A DNA stretch of 64,000 bases, taken from positions 288,001 to 352,000 of the forward strand of contig CAWBAN010000001.1 in NCBI GenBank assembly GCA_963786935.1, given 5' to 3'. Below the pieces are notes generated by a model. The model had not been told where the DNA came from. It was given only the letters and a program-made list of their open reading frames with translations, and did no database searches. Below, piece by piece: positions 1-8,437 of the stretch. Origin of the DNA: an uncultured bacterium. Its GTDB lineage: Bacteria; Krumholzibacteriota; Krumholzibacteriia; Krumholzibacteriales; Krumholzibacteriaceae. Made by a program: the position numbers and the translations under genes. Position 1 is the stretch's first letter, and each line of letters starts with the position of its first letter.

Positions 1-732
1 GAGCGGCGTATCACGAAAGACGAGATCGTGATGTCGCCGCTCTGGCTCGACCGGAACAGGTTCTGCTACTCGTCCGACCGCCGGAGCAACTGGGACTGCT
101 ACATCGTCGATCTCTCCAAGGGAACGAAGTATCTGTTGACGCAGTGGCGCGGGATCAACCTGCCGGGGAGCTGGTGCGCCGCGCGCGGAGAGATGGCGAT
201 GACCCTGAGCGTGAACGGGAACCACGAGATCTACGTGCTCGACTCGTCGGGGAAGGTGCTCCGGCGGCTCACGAGAAACCGCGCGATCGACATCTCGCCG
301 TCGTGGTCGCCGAGCGGCTCCGAGATGGCGTTCGTGTCCGACCGCGGGGGCACGCCCCAGATCTACGTCATGGACGGCTACGGCGGCTCCGTGCGTCGCC
401 TCAGCCGGAGCGGCTCGTACAACCAGTCGCCGGCCTGGTCGCCGAAGGGGGATCTCATCGCCTATTCCTCGCGCGAGGGGAACATCTACCGGCTCAAGCT
501 CATCTCTCCCGACGGGCTCGTCGAGGAGACGCTCTTCGACGATAACTCGAGCTACGAGGATCCGTGCTGGGCTCCCGACGGCCGCCATATCGCGGCGACG
601 GCGCGCGAAGGCGGACGGCAGTACATCGTCGTCATCGACATCGATACGAAGGAGCGGCGGCGCCTCGTGCAGGGAGAGTTCGCCGACTGGTCGCCGCTTC
701 CCCCCGCGGAAACGCCGTCGCGGCGCCGCTGA
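1..732 (+). CDS. tolB: Tol-Pal beta-propeller protein TolB, 5'-truncated by window edge
   Basis: Frame open from base 1; PD40-type repeats (SPSWSPSG, SPAWSPKG, DPCWAPDG; AFVSDRGGTPQIY); directly upstream of pal and cpoB. Confidence 0.85.
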   Translation, partial: ERRITKDEIVMSPLWLDRNRFCYSSDRRSNWDCYIVDLSKGTKYLLTQWRGINLPGSWCAARGEMAMTLSVNGNHEIYVLDSSGKVLRRLTRNRAIDISPSWSPSGSEMAFVSDRGGTPQIYVMDGYGGSVRRLSRSGSYNQSPAWSPKGDLIAYSSREGNIYRLKLISPDGLVEETLFDDNSSYEDPCWAPDGRHIAATAREGGRQYIVVIDIDTKERRRLVQGEFADWSPLPPAETPSRRR

Positions 733-887
733 GCGCACGGAGCAGAAAAGGCTTTCCCTCGTCGGACGATTCCGGTTATGATGGCCGCGGACAGGGGTAG
801 CGAATCGTGTTGCGCGCCGGGCGAAGCAGTGGGGCGGCGCGTGGTTCAGTATCGAACGGGGCGATGCCCCGGAAGGAGGTCGTTGCG

Positions 888-1394
888 ATGATTCGATTCA
901 AGTGGTTGGTCCTCGCGTGCGCGATCGCGCTCGTTCTCGTTCCCGCGTGCGCGAAGAAGCAGGTTGCGCCCGTCGAGCAGCCGGTGGAGGAGGTCGCGCC
1001 GCCCCCGGTCACGACCCCGATCGAACAGCCGCCCGTCGTGGAGGAGAAGCCGGTCGAGGTGATCATCTCCCTCGAGGACATCTTCTTCGATTTCGATAAG
1101 TACGCGATCGGAGACGAGGGCAAGCTGGCGCTCGCGCGAAACGCCCAGATCCTCCTGACGCACGCCGACAAGAAGCTGATCGTCGAAGGCCACTGCGACG
1201 AGCGCGGCACGAACGAATACAACATGGCGCTCGGCGAGAAGCGCGCCAAGGCGGCCGTCGATTTCCTCACGACGTACGGCATCGGCGCCGACCGCATCAC
1301 GTGGATCAGCTACGGCGAGGAGAAGCCCTTCGCGATGGGACACGACGACGCGGCATGGGCGCAGAACCGTCGCGCGCACTTCGTGATCAAGTAG
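888..1394 (+). CDS. pal: Peptidoglycan-associated lipoprotein Pal (OmpA-like domain)
   Basis: AGGAGG RBS before ATG 888; lipobox VPAC; IFFDFDKY, EGHCDERGTNEYNMALGEKRA, SYGEEKP, NRRA motifs. Confidence 0.95.
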   Translation: MIRFKWLVLACAIALVLVPACAKKQVAPVEQPVEEVAPPPVTTPIEQPPVVEEKPVEVIISLEDIFFDFDKYAIGDEGKLALARNAQILLTHADKKLIVEGHCDERGTNEYNMALGEKRAKAAVDFLTTYGIGADRITWISYGEEKPFAMGHDDAAWAQNRRAHFVIK

Positions 1395-1403
1395 GCGGAC
1401 GCC

Positions 1404-2309
1404 ATGAACGGATGGAAAAGCCGCGCGGGAGCGTGCGTGTTCCTCGCGCTCCTCATCGCGGCCGGCGGGGGATGTTGGGGGCGCAAGTTCTTCAATATGC
1501 CTTCCGAAACCATCGACACGGGATCGAAAGTCGACTCGCTCCTCGTCGAGAACGCGGCGCTCAAGGCGCGGATCGCCGCGATCGAGCGGACCATGCGCGA
1601 GGATCAGGAGTTCGCGCGCGGGACGAACGCGCAGCTCAAGATGGATCTCGAGGAGCTCAAGGACCAGCTCAACGCGCTGCAGGAGATGCTCCGCGAGTCG
1701 CAGGAGAGCTCTCCGTTCAAGCCGTCGGAACGGCGGCAGCCCGCCCGTTCGGGCGATACCGGCGCGCGGGGGGCCGTTCCGGCGCAGACCCCGCGGTCCG
1801 ATGGCGGAAGCGCCCCGGGGAATGCCCCGGGCGACACGCTCGCGTCGACCGGCGGGCGACACGCCGCGGACACGCTCTCCGTCGCGGAAGGCTCAGCGGA
1901 CACGGCCGGGGCCCTCGCGGCCCCGGCCCCTCCGCCCGAGGATCTGTACCGGCAGATCTATCTCGATTTCAGCAGGCGCGAGCACCAGCTCGCGCTCGAG
2001 GAGTCCGAATCGTTTCTCGCCGAATACCCGGACGATCCGCTCGGCGAGGAGGTGTTCTTCATCAGAGGGCAGTGCCTGATGGAGCTCGGCAGGCATTCCG
2101 ACGCGCTGAAGGAGTTCTCCACGATACTCCAGCGCTACCCGCGGGGAAAGCGCAGTCCGGGCGCGTTGCTCCGGATGGCCGTCTCGTACGACGCCATGGG
2201 GCAGGAGGAGCTTGCCGCGGGCGTCGTGAGGCGCCTTCTCAAGGAATATCCGAACAGCGAGGAGGCGAAAGCCGCCGAGGAGCGGTTTTCGGCCATAATC
2301 GCGGAATGA
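1404..2309 (+). CDS. cpoB: Tol-Pal associated TPR/coiled-coil protein CpoB (YbgF)
   Basis: Signal peptide/lipobox, coiled coil, low-complexity linker, C-terminal TPRs (FLAEYPDDP...YPNSEEAKAA); follows pal. Confidence 0.8.
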   Translation: MNGWKSRAGACVFLALLIAAGGGCWGRKFFNMPSETIDTGSKVDSLLVENAALKARIAAIERTMREDQEFARGTNAQLKMDLEELKDQLNALQEMLRESQESSPFKPSERRQPARSGDTGARGAVPAQTPRSDGGSAPGNAPGDTLASTGGRHAADTLSVAEGSADTAGALAAPAPPPEDLYRQIYLDFSRREHQLALEESESFLAEYPDDPLGEEVFFIRGQCLMELGRHSDALKEFSTILQRYPRGKRSPGALLRMAVSYDAMGQEELAAGVVRRLLKEYPNSEEAKAAEERFSAIIAE

Positions 2310-2390
2310 CGCCGCGGAAATCGCCGCGTCGCGCCGCGATCCCGCCGCCTGCGGCGGCGGATCGTCCGCGCGCCGGTCGCGAGTGGCACG

Positions 2391-3650
2391 ATGGCTATCG
2401 GTGAATACCTTCCGCTGATCCTTTCGATCGTCGTCCTCCTGCTTTTCTCGGCTTTCTTCTCGGCGTCGGAGACGGCGTATTTCTCGATTCCGCGCTCCGC
2501 CGCCGTGAAGATGGAAGCGGGGGGGAGACGCGAGCGGATGGCGTCGCGCATTCATCGCGATCCCCGCATGCTCCTCGTCACGATCCTCTTCGGCAATCTC
2601 CTCGTGAACATCGCCGCGACGAGCATCGTCACGGCGCTCGCGATCTCGCTCTACGGCGATCGCGGCGTCGGAATCGCCGTCGTCGTCATGACGGTCCTGA
2701 TTCTCATCTTCGGGGAGATCTCGCCCAAGAGTCTCGCCATCAAGGGCGCGGCGTCCTTCGCCGTCTTCGCCGCTCCGATCCTCAGGGCGCTCATGATCGT
2801 CTTCACCCCCGTGCGCGTCGCGCTCGGCGCCATCGCCGACTGGACGGTCGAAGCGTCGAGGAAGCTGCTCGGCGAAAGCCGCGCGGCGTTCGGCGCGCGC
2901 GAGCTCGCCACCGCCGTCGAGCTCGGGCACCGGGACGGCCTGTTCGGCGAGTTCGAGAAGGAAGTGCTCACGAATCTCTTCCTGTTCAGCGAGATCACGG
3001 CGCGCGAGGTGCAGACCCCCCGGCACGGGGTGTTCGCGCTCGACGTCTCCACGCCGCTCAACGAGGCGATCGCGCGGGTCAAGGCGCGGGGGTTCAGCCG
3101 CGTGCCGCTCTACGCGGGAACGGCCGACACGATCGTCGGCGTTCTCTTCGCGAAGGATCTCCTCAGGTTCTCGCGCGACGACCGCATCGGGCTCGCCGAC
3201 ATTCTCCGGCGCCCCGCGTTCGTCCCGGAGAGCAAGCGCATCCGCGATCTCTTCGGCGAGCTCATCATGTCCCACCAGCACCTCTTCGTCGTCGTCGACG
3301 AGCACGGCTCGTACACGGGGATTCTCACGCTCGAGGATATCCTCGAGAGCATATTCGGCGAGATCCGCAACCGGCGCGAGCCGCGCGTCGCGGGCTACCA
3401 CCGTCTCGACGCGAACCGCATCGTCGTCGAGGGCACGATGAGCCTGCGCGAAGCGGGGGAGATCCTCGGGGCGCCGTTCGATTCGTGGGAGGTCGAGACG
3501 ATCGCAGGCTACCTCATCGAGCGGATCGGGAAGATTCCGCGCGAGGGAGAAGCGTTCACGATCGACGGCGTCCGCTTTCTCGTGCTGTCCGCGGATCCCG
3601 TCCGGGTGAACAAGCTCAAGCTGGAACGACTGGCCGAGGAGGAGCGCTGA
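2391..3650 (+). CDS. CNNM/HlyC-CorC family Mg/Co transporter (CNNM + CBS pair + CorC domain)
   Basis: FSAFFSASETA, ILFGNLLVN, FGEISPK, FSRVPLY, VVDEHG...TLEDILESIFGEI, ETIAGY. Confidence 0.9.
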   Translation: MAIGEYLPLILSIVVLLLFSAFFSASETAYFSIPRSAAVKMEAGGRRERMASRIHRDPRMLLVTILFGNLLVNIAATSIVTALAISLYGDRGVGIAVVVMTVLILIFGEISPKSLAIKGAASFAVFAAPILRALMIVFTPVRVALGAIADWTVEASRKLLGESRAAFGARELATAVELGHRDGLFGEFEKEVLTNLFLFSEITAREVQTPRHGVFALDVSTPLNEAIARVKARGFSRVPLYAGTADTIVGVLFAKDLLRFSRDDRIGLADILRRPAFVPESKRIRDLFGELIMSHQHLFVVVDEHGSYTGILTLEDILESIFGEIRNRREPRVAGYHRLDANRIVVEGTMSLREAGEILGAPFDSWEVETIAGYLIERIGKIPREGEAFTIDGVRFLVLSADPVRVNKLKLERLAEEER

Positions 3651-4657
3651 TGGATCCGGTCGTCGCGGTCGTCGTCATCGTCGTCACGGTGCTCCTCGCC
3701 GCGTTCGCGGCCGGCTCCGAGACGGCGGTCGTCTCGTGCAGCAAGGTACGGCTCCACGCGAGGGCGAAGACGGGACAGTGGCGGGCGCGGATCCTCGAGC
3801 GGCTCATCAACCGGCCGGAGTATTTCTTCTCCGTCGTTCTCGTGGCGACGAATCTCGCCGTCGTCGTTTGCACCGCCGCGGCGACCGATCTCGCCGTCGC
3901 GGCGTTCGGGAGCTCGGGCGCGGCCGTCGCGACCGCCGTGATGGTTCCCCTCATACTCGTGTTCGGCGAGGTGATCCCGAAATCCGTCTTCCTGTATCAC
4001 GCGGACCGGGTTTCCATCGCGGTGGCGCCGGCCCTGCAGATGCTCGCCTATGTGCTCTGGCCGCTCGTCATGCCGGCGACCTTTCTCGTGCGGGGGCTCA
4101 TGCGGGCAATGGGCGCGGGCGGGCAGCGGTTCAGCATCCTCTCGTCGCGCGAGGAGCTCGTCTATCTTTACCGGGTCGGCAAGACCGAGAGCGCGCTCGA
4201 TCGGGGGGAGCGCCTCGTCATCGACCGCGTGTTCCGGTTCGAGAGTGTCCTCGTGCGCGATCTCATGATCCCGATGGAGCGCGTCGTTTCGATTCCCGTC
4301 ACCGCGTCGGTCGACGAGGTGGTCGCCGAGGCGAACCGACACACCTATTCGCGGTTCCCCATCGTCTCGCCGGAGGACGGCCGCGTCGTCGGGATCGTCT
4401 CGCTCTTCGATCTGCTCGATCTCGACGGCGGGGAGAAGCTCACGTCCGTCATGCACCAGCCGCGCTTTGTCAAGGAAAGCGAATCGGCGGAACGTCTCCT
4501 CGTCGCGATGAAGGACGATTCCGTGCACATGGCGGTCGTCGTGGGTGAGCGGGGAGAGATGCGCGGCATCGTGACGCTCGAGAACATCCTCCAGAGCATC
4601 ATCGGGGACATCTACAACGAACACCGGGCGCCGTCGTCCGGGGAGCGCTCGTCGTAG
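3650..4657 (+). CDS. Second CNNM-domain CBS-pair protein (no C-terminal CorC domain)
   Basis: TGATG overlap with previous stop; AGSETA, FGEVIPKS, YSRFPI, GIVTLENILQSIIGDI. Confidence 0.88.
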   Translation: MDPVVAVVVIVVTVLLAAFAAGSETAVVSCSKVRLHARAKTGQWRARILERLINRPEYFFSVVLVATNLAVVVCTAAATDLAVAAFGSSGAAVATAVMVPLILVFGEVIPKSVFLYHADRVSIAVAPALQMLAYVLWPLVMPATFLVRGLMRAMGAGGQRFSILSSREELVYLYRVGKTESALDRGERLVIDRVFRFESVLVRDLMIPMERVVSIPVTASVDEVVAEANRHTYSRFPIVSPEDGRVVGIVSLFDLLDLDGGEKLTSVMHQPRFVKESESAERLLVAMKDDSVHMAVVVGERGEMRGIVTLENILQSIIGDIYNEHRAPSSGERSS

Positions 4658-4680
4658 GGCGCGCGGGGGGACGCTCGATC

Positions 4681-5769
4681 ATGGTAGAATCCAGCGGAGC
4701 GCCGAAGCGGCCCGATCCGTCGCCGGTGCCGGTCGGCGCGCGGCGCATGGCGATTTTGGCCGACGGATGCTTTTCGCCGCTCGGCGCGAAGACGGCCGTG
4801 TGCCTCGTGCGGTACGCCGCCGACGAGGTCGTCGCCGTGATCGACGCGAGCCGGGCGCCGTCGACCGCCGGCGAAGCGATCGGGATCGGCGGGGATATCC
4901 CGGTCGTGGCCTCCCTGCGGGAGGCGCTCGCGTTCGGGCCGAACGCGCTCGTGTTCGGCACGGCGCCCCGCGGCGGGAAGCTCTCCGGGGGCGACCGCGC
5001 CGCCGCCCTCGCCGCGATTCGGAGCGGTCTCCACGTCGTGAGCGGGATGCACGAGTTCTTGAGCGACGACGCCGAGATCGCCGCGCTCGCTGCAGAAGCG
5101 GGAGTGGCGCTCTGGGACGTCCGCCGTCCTCCCGAGGGGCTCGATGTCGCATCGGGGAACGGAAGCGGCGCCTGCCCCGTCGTCTTTACCGTCGGATCCG
5201 ACTGCAACACGGGAAAGATGACCGCGGGGATGGAGATCCATCGCGCGCTGCTCCGCGACGGCGTCCGATCGGGTTTCGCCGCTTCGGGCCAGACGGGAAT
5301 CATGATCACGGGGACCGGCATTCCCGTCGACCGGGTCGTCGCCGACTTCATCGGAGGCGCGACGGAGCGGCTCGTCCGCGAGACGGCGCCCGGCAGGGAC
5401 GTCGTCATCCTCGAGGGACAGGGCTCCATTCTCCATCCGGGGTACGCGGGAGTGACCTTCGGGATGATCGCGGGATCGCTCCCCCGGGCGTACGTTCTCT
5501 GCCACCAGCCGACGAGAACCGCGATCCGGGGCTACGCGGTGCCGATTCCTCCGCTCGCGGCGCTCGCCGCCCTCTACGAGGCGGCGATTTCCGGCATCCG
5601 GCGGATTCCCGTCGTCGGCGTCGCGCTCAACACGTTCGATCTCGACGACGAGGCCGCCCGGCGGGCGGTCGATGCGGCGGCTCGGGAAACCGGACTCCCG
5701 GCGGCCGATCCGGTGCGGTTCGGAGCGGACGCGCTCGAGCGCGCGATCAGGCGATTCCTCTCGATATAG
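4681..5769 (+). CDS. DUF1611 family protein (DgcN-like P-loop protein)
   Basis: AKTA...LVRY, SGMHEFL, TVGSDCNTGKMT, ASGQTGIMI, EGQGSILHPGY motifs. Confidence 0.85.
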   Translation: MVESSGAPKRPDPSPVPVGARRMAILADGCFSPLGAKTAVCLVRYAADEVVAVIDASRAPSTAGEAIGIGGDIPVVASLREALAFGPNALVFGTAPRGGKLSGGDRAAALAAIRSGLHVVSGMHEFLSDDAEIAALAAEAGVALWDVRRPPEGLDVASGNGSGACPVVFTVGSDCNTGKMTAGMEIHRALLRDGVRSGFAASGQTGIMITGTGIPVDRVVADFIGGATERLVRETAPGRDVVILEGQGSILHPGYAGVTFGMIAGSLPRAYVLCHQPTRTAIRGYAVPIPPLAALAALYEAAISGIRRIPVVGVALNTFDLDDEAARRAVDAAARETGLPAADPVRFGADALERAIRRFLSI

Positions 5770-5803
5770 GGGCGCGGCGGCGGCCGGCGGGATACGCGGC
5801 GGG

Positions 5804-6814
5804 CTACGGGAGACGCAGCGGGCTCCGCTCGTCCTTGCAGATCCGATAGAAATTGCAGAACCGGCACCGGCCGTCGTCGATCACGGGGAAGCGCTCATAC
5901 GGCAGCGCCTCGTTGCGCGCGATGTCGCGGTCGACGAGCACGCCGGAGAGCTTCTCGATGCCCGATTGAATCGCCTCGCCGGCCCGCGCGACGCTCGCTT
6001 CATCGGCGGCGTGCTCGATCGTTTTCCCGCCGTCGAGCAGATTGACTTCGAAGAGCCGCATCGCGGCGACCGGCGCGCCGAGGATGCGCGAGGCGTAATA
6101 CGCGTAGATGCCGAGCTGAACGGCCGCGTTCCGCGTCTCATCCCCGCCGTCGCCGGCTTCGGCGGAGGCCCCGCGGTTCGTCTTCCAGTCGACGATCCGC
6201 AGCGCTCCGTCCGCGCCGCGGAACATGAAGTCGGTTTTGACGAAGACCGTCGCGCCGCCGACTTCGAACTGCTGGGAGAAATCGCCGTGCTCGAGGTCCT
6301 CGATGTCCCAGCTCGCCCGATCGGTTTCCGCGATGAGCCCGAGCATCGGGCCCCGGAAGAGCCCCTCGATCGCCTGCACGCATTCATCCCTCGTCCGTTC
6401 GAGCGCCGCTTCCGTCACGGGCCGGTCGTATTCGTGGTCGAAGAGGGCGAGCCAGTCGGTATTGAGGGTCTCGAACGATTTTTTGGGCGTCGCGAGGTAC
6501 TTCTTGTCGCGGGAGAATTCGAACTGCGTTTTGAACTTCCGGAGCGTGTGGGCGATCACGGCGTCCCGCTCGGGAATTCTCCCCTTCGCTTTCATCGATC
6601 GCAGGACGAGCGATGCGATGTAATGAACGAGCTGCCCCCGCCAGAGGGGGAGGGAGACGAGGCGCTTGAGCTTGAACGCCTCCCGCGCGACCGCGGGGGC
6701 GCGCGGCTGCCATCCGCCCCAGCTCAGATAGTAGTGGAAGTAGTATCGCCGGCGGCACTGATCGAACGTCGCTTCACGCGAGAGGGACCATCCGAAGCGG
6801 TTCGTGAATGCCAT
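5804..6814 (-). CDS. PD-(D/E)XK nuclease, AddB/Cas4-like, with putative Fe-S cysteines
   Basis: Start MAFTNRFGWSLSR; DQCRRRYY; KTDFMF, IVDWKT, QLGIY; C-terminal CRFCNFYRIC. Confidence 0.85.
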   Translation of the reverse strand: MAFTNRFGWSLSREATFDQCRRRYYFHYYLSWGGWQPRAPAVAREAFKLKRLVSLPLWRGQLVHYIASLVLRSMKAKGRIPERDAVIAHTLRKFKTQFEFSRDKKYLATPKKSFETLNTDWLALFDHEYDRPVTEAALERTRDECVQAIEGLFRGPMLGLIAETDRASWDIEDLEHGDFSQQFEVGGATVFVKTDFMFRGADGALRIVDWKTNRGASAEAGDGGDETRNAAVQLGIYAYYASRILGAPVAAMRLFEVNLLDGGKTIEHAADEASVARAGEAIQSGIEKLSGVLVDRDIARNEALPYERFPVIDDGRCRFCNFYRICKDERSPLRLP

Positions 6815-6822
6815 CGCGCCCG

Positions 6823-7383
6823 CTATTTCCTTCTTCCGGCCGGCCGTCTCCGCGCGCGCGTTTTGAGCCCCGCCCGCTTCCCGCGCGCGGGCTTCCCCGG
6901 CGCGTTCTTCGCCGAGCGTCTCGCGCGCTTCTCGAAGACGCCCTTGAACACCCGGTTCTCGAGCTTGAAGCTCTCGAACTCGTAGTCGAACTTCATGCTC
7001 TTCTTGCCGCGAAGCGCGACGGCCTTGTCGGTGTACATGTAGAGATGGTATTTCGACCCGGTCCTCTGCTGGGCGTATCTCGGCAGCTCGTCGCGCTCGA
7101 AGAGCCACACCCGCAGGGCGCTCAGGTCGACGCACGCGATGATATCGGCTTCCGTCGATACGGGGATCCACCAGTCGAGCGCCTCTTTTCCCTTGCCTCC
7201 CGCCCGTTTGGGCTGGAGGTTCGATACAACGAAGACCGAGAACTCCCGGCGCGGCTTGCGCAGGCTCACGACGAGGTCGATGCCGTCCTTGCCCGCGGAG
7301 CAGGGGAGCCCCTCGCGTATCAGCATCGATTGAACGAAGTACTTCCCGCTGAATCCGATCATGTTCTTCGGAATCTCTTTCAT
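6823..7383 (-). CDS. Hypothetical protein, possible degenerate PD-(D/E)XK fold, with basic C-terminal tail
   Basis: AGGAG RBS before MKEIPKN; GKYFVQSMLIREG...GIDLVV...FSVFVVS pattern; Lys/Arg-rich tail; 8 nt from next gene. Confidence 0.65.
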   Translation of the reverse strand: MKEIPKNMIGFSGKYFVQSMLIREGLPCSAGKDGIDLVVSLRKPRREFSVFVVSNLQPKRAGGKGKEALDWWIPVSTEADIIACVDLSALRVWLFERDELPRYAQQRTGSKYHLYMYTDKAVALRGKKSMKFDYEFESFKLENRVFKGVFEKRARRSAKNAPGKPARGKRAGLKTRARRRPAGRRK

Positions 7384-7415
7384 CTCGACTCCTTTCCGGC
7401 GATGCGTCACACGCC

Positions 7416-7430
7416 TTCAAGAATCTTGAA
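7416..7430. promoter_or_regulatory. 7-1-7 palindrome TTCAAGA-A-TCTTGAA, candidate operator
   Basis: Perfect inverted repeat about 33 nt upstream of the minus-strand start at 7383. Confidence 0.4.
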
Positions 7431-7599
7431 ATGCTCGAACGGCATCGTTCAACGCGTCATATCGCTCGGTAAACGCCGATGGCGGCGAGATTCATCCCCC
7501 GGTGCCGGCCAAACCCCACTCTTATATAATTTATACACATGTAAATTAATTTTGACAATCAAAAATTATTTAAAATTAGATCGTGGCGTACGGACGCCG

Positions 7600-8247
7600 C
7601 TAAGCGCGGAACGATGGGCCATCGTCCCGCGCCGGGCCGGCCGCCGCGAGCCCTTCGAGCACGAGCCGCTGGATCGGAGAGGGGCCTTCGGTCGATTTCC
7701 CGCCCGCGCGGCCCGTGGACCGTTCCCGGTGGACGGCGAGGATCATTCCCGTGATCGCGAACGACGTGACGCGGACGTCGACGGGCCTGAACGCGCCGCG
7801 CGCGATGCCCTCGGCGAGCGCGGGCTCGAACAGCGAGAACGGGGCGACGTACCGGTCCGCGAAACGCATCTCCTCGGCCTCCCGCAGGGTGCTCCGATGC
7901 AGAAAGAGGATCCGGTGAAGATGCCTGTTGTCCCGCAGGAACGAGAGGTAGGAGTCGATCGCCGCGTCGAGCGCGGCGATCGGATCGTCGATGCCGCGCG
8001 TCGATCCCGCGATCCGCTCCGAGAGCCGTTCGATCGCGAATTCGACGGTCGCCGTAAACAGCGCGTGCTTGTCCGCGAAGTGGTTATAGACGGTTCCCTT
8101 GCCGACGCCGGCCACCTTGGCGATCGCCTCGATCTCGGCTTCGTGGTATCCGTATCTCGAGAACAGCTCGACCGCCGCGGCCAGTATCCGGCCCTTTCGC
8201 GCGCTCGCGGCGCCGGCGGCGGACGGCTTTCGTTTCGAGGTCGGCAT
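7600..8247 (-). CDS. TetR/AcrR family transcriptional regulator
   Basis: RILAAAVELFSRYGY...IAKVAGVGKGTVYNHFADKHALF helix-turn-helix. Confidence 0.93.
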   Translation of the reverse strand: MPTSKRKPSAAGAASARKGRILAAAVELFSRYGYHEAEIEAIAKVAGVGKGTVYNHFADKHALFTATVEFAIERLSERIAGSTRGIDDPIAALDAAIDSYLSFLRDNRHLHRILFLHRSTLREAEEMRFADRYVAPFSLFEPALAEGIARGAFRPVDVRVTSFAITGMILAVHRERSTGRAGGKSTEGPSPIQRLVLEGLAAAGPARDDGPSFRA

Positions 8248-8270
8248 GGTTCATCACCGGTCCCGTTCCA

Positions 8271-8317
8271 TGAATGACTGGTCAGTCATATTATCGTCTG
8301 TTCGCCGCGCCCGTCAA
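8271..8317 (-). promoter_or_regulatory. tetR promoter (TTGACG-N16-GATAAT) with operator ATGACTG-GT-CAGTCAT
   Basis: Minus-strand -35 at 8317-8312, -10 at 8295-8290; palindrome 8274-8289 over the expected transcription start. Confidence 0.65.
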
Positions 8318-8437
8318 TGATGAATTCGTGTTGATTTTCTCCCCTCTTTGTATTACGTTGCAGCGGATTTTATCGGTCTCCCATTTCATTGGGATTTGGG
8401 TGTGGGCCTGCCGCCATATGAAGAATGAAGGTGGTTC

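Noticed and set aside
5804..6814. CRISPR-Cas locus around the Cas4-like gene
   Set aside because: No repeat-spacer array or other cas genes seen in the window
5804..7420. 538-aa ORF as a single fused protein
   Set aside because: Its N-terminal 200 aa are an alternative frame of the 6823-7383 gene; the nuclease domain starts at ATG 6814
7437..7450. GAAC-N6-GTTC as a LexA box
   Set aside because: Spacing does not match the GAAC-N4-GTTC box
7519..7548. dif-like Xer recombination site (..TATAA TTTATA CACATGTAAAT)
   Set aside because: The conserved TTAT of the XerD arm is missing and the spacing is off by one
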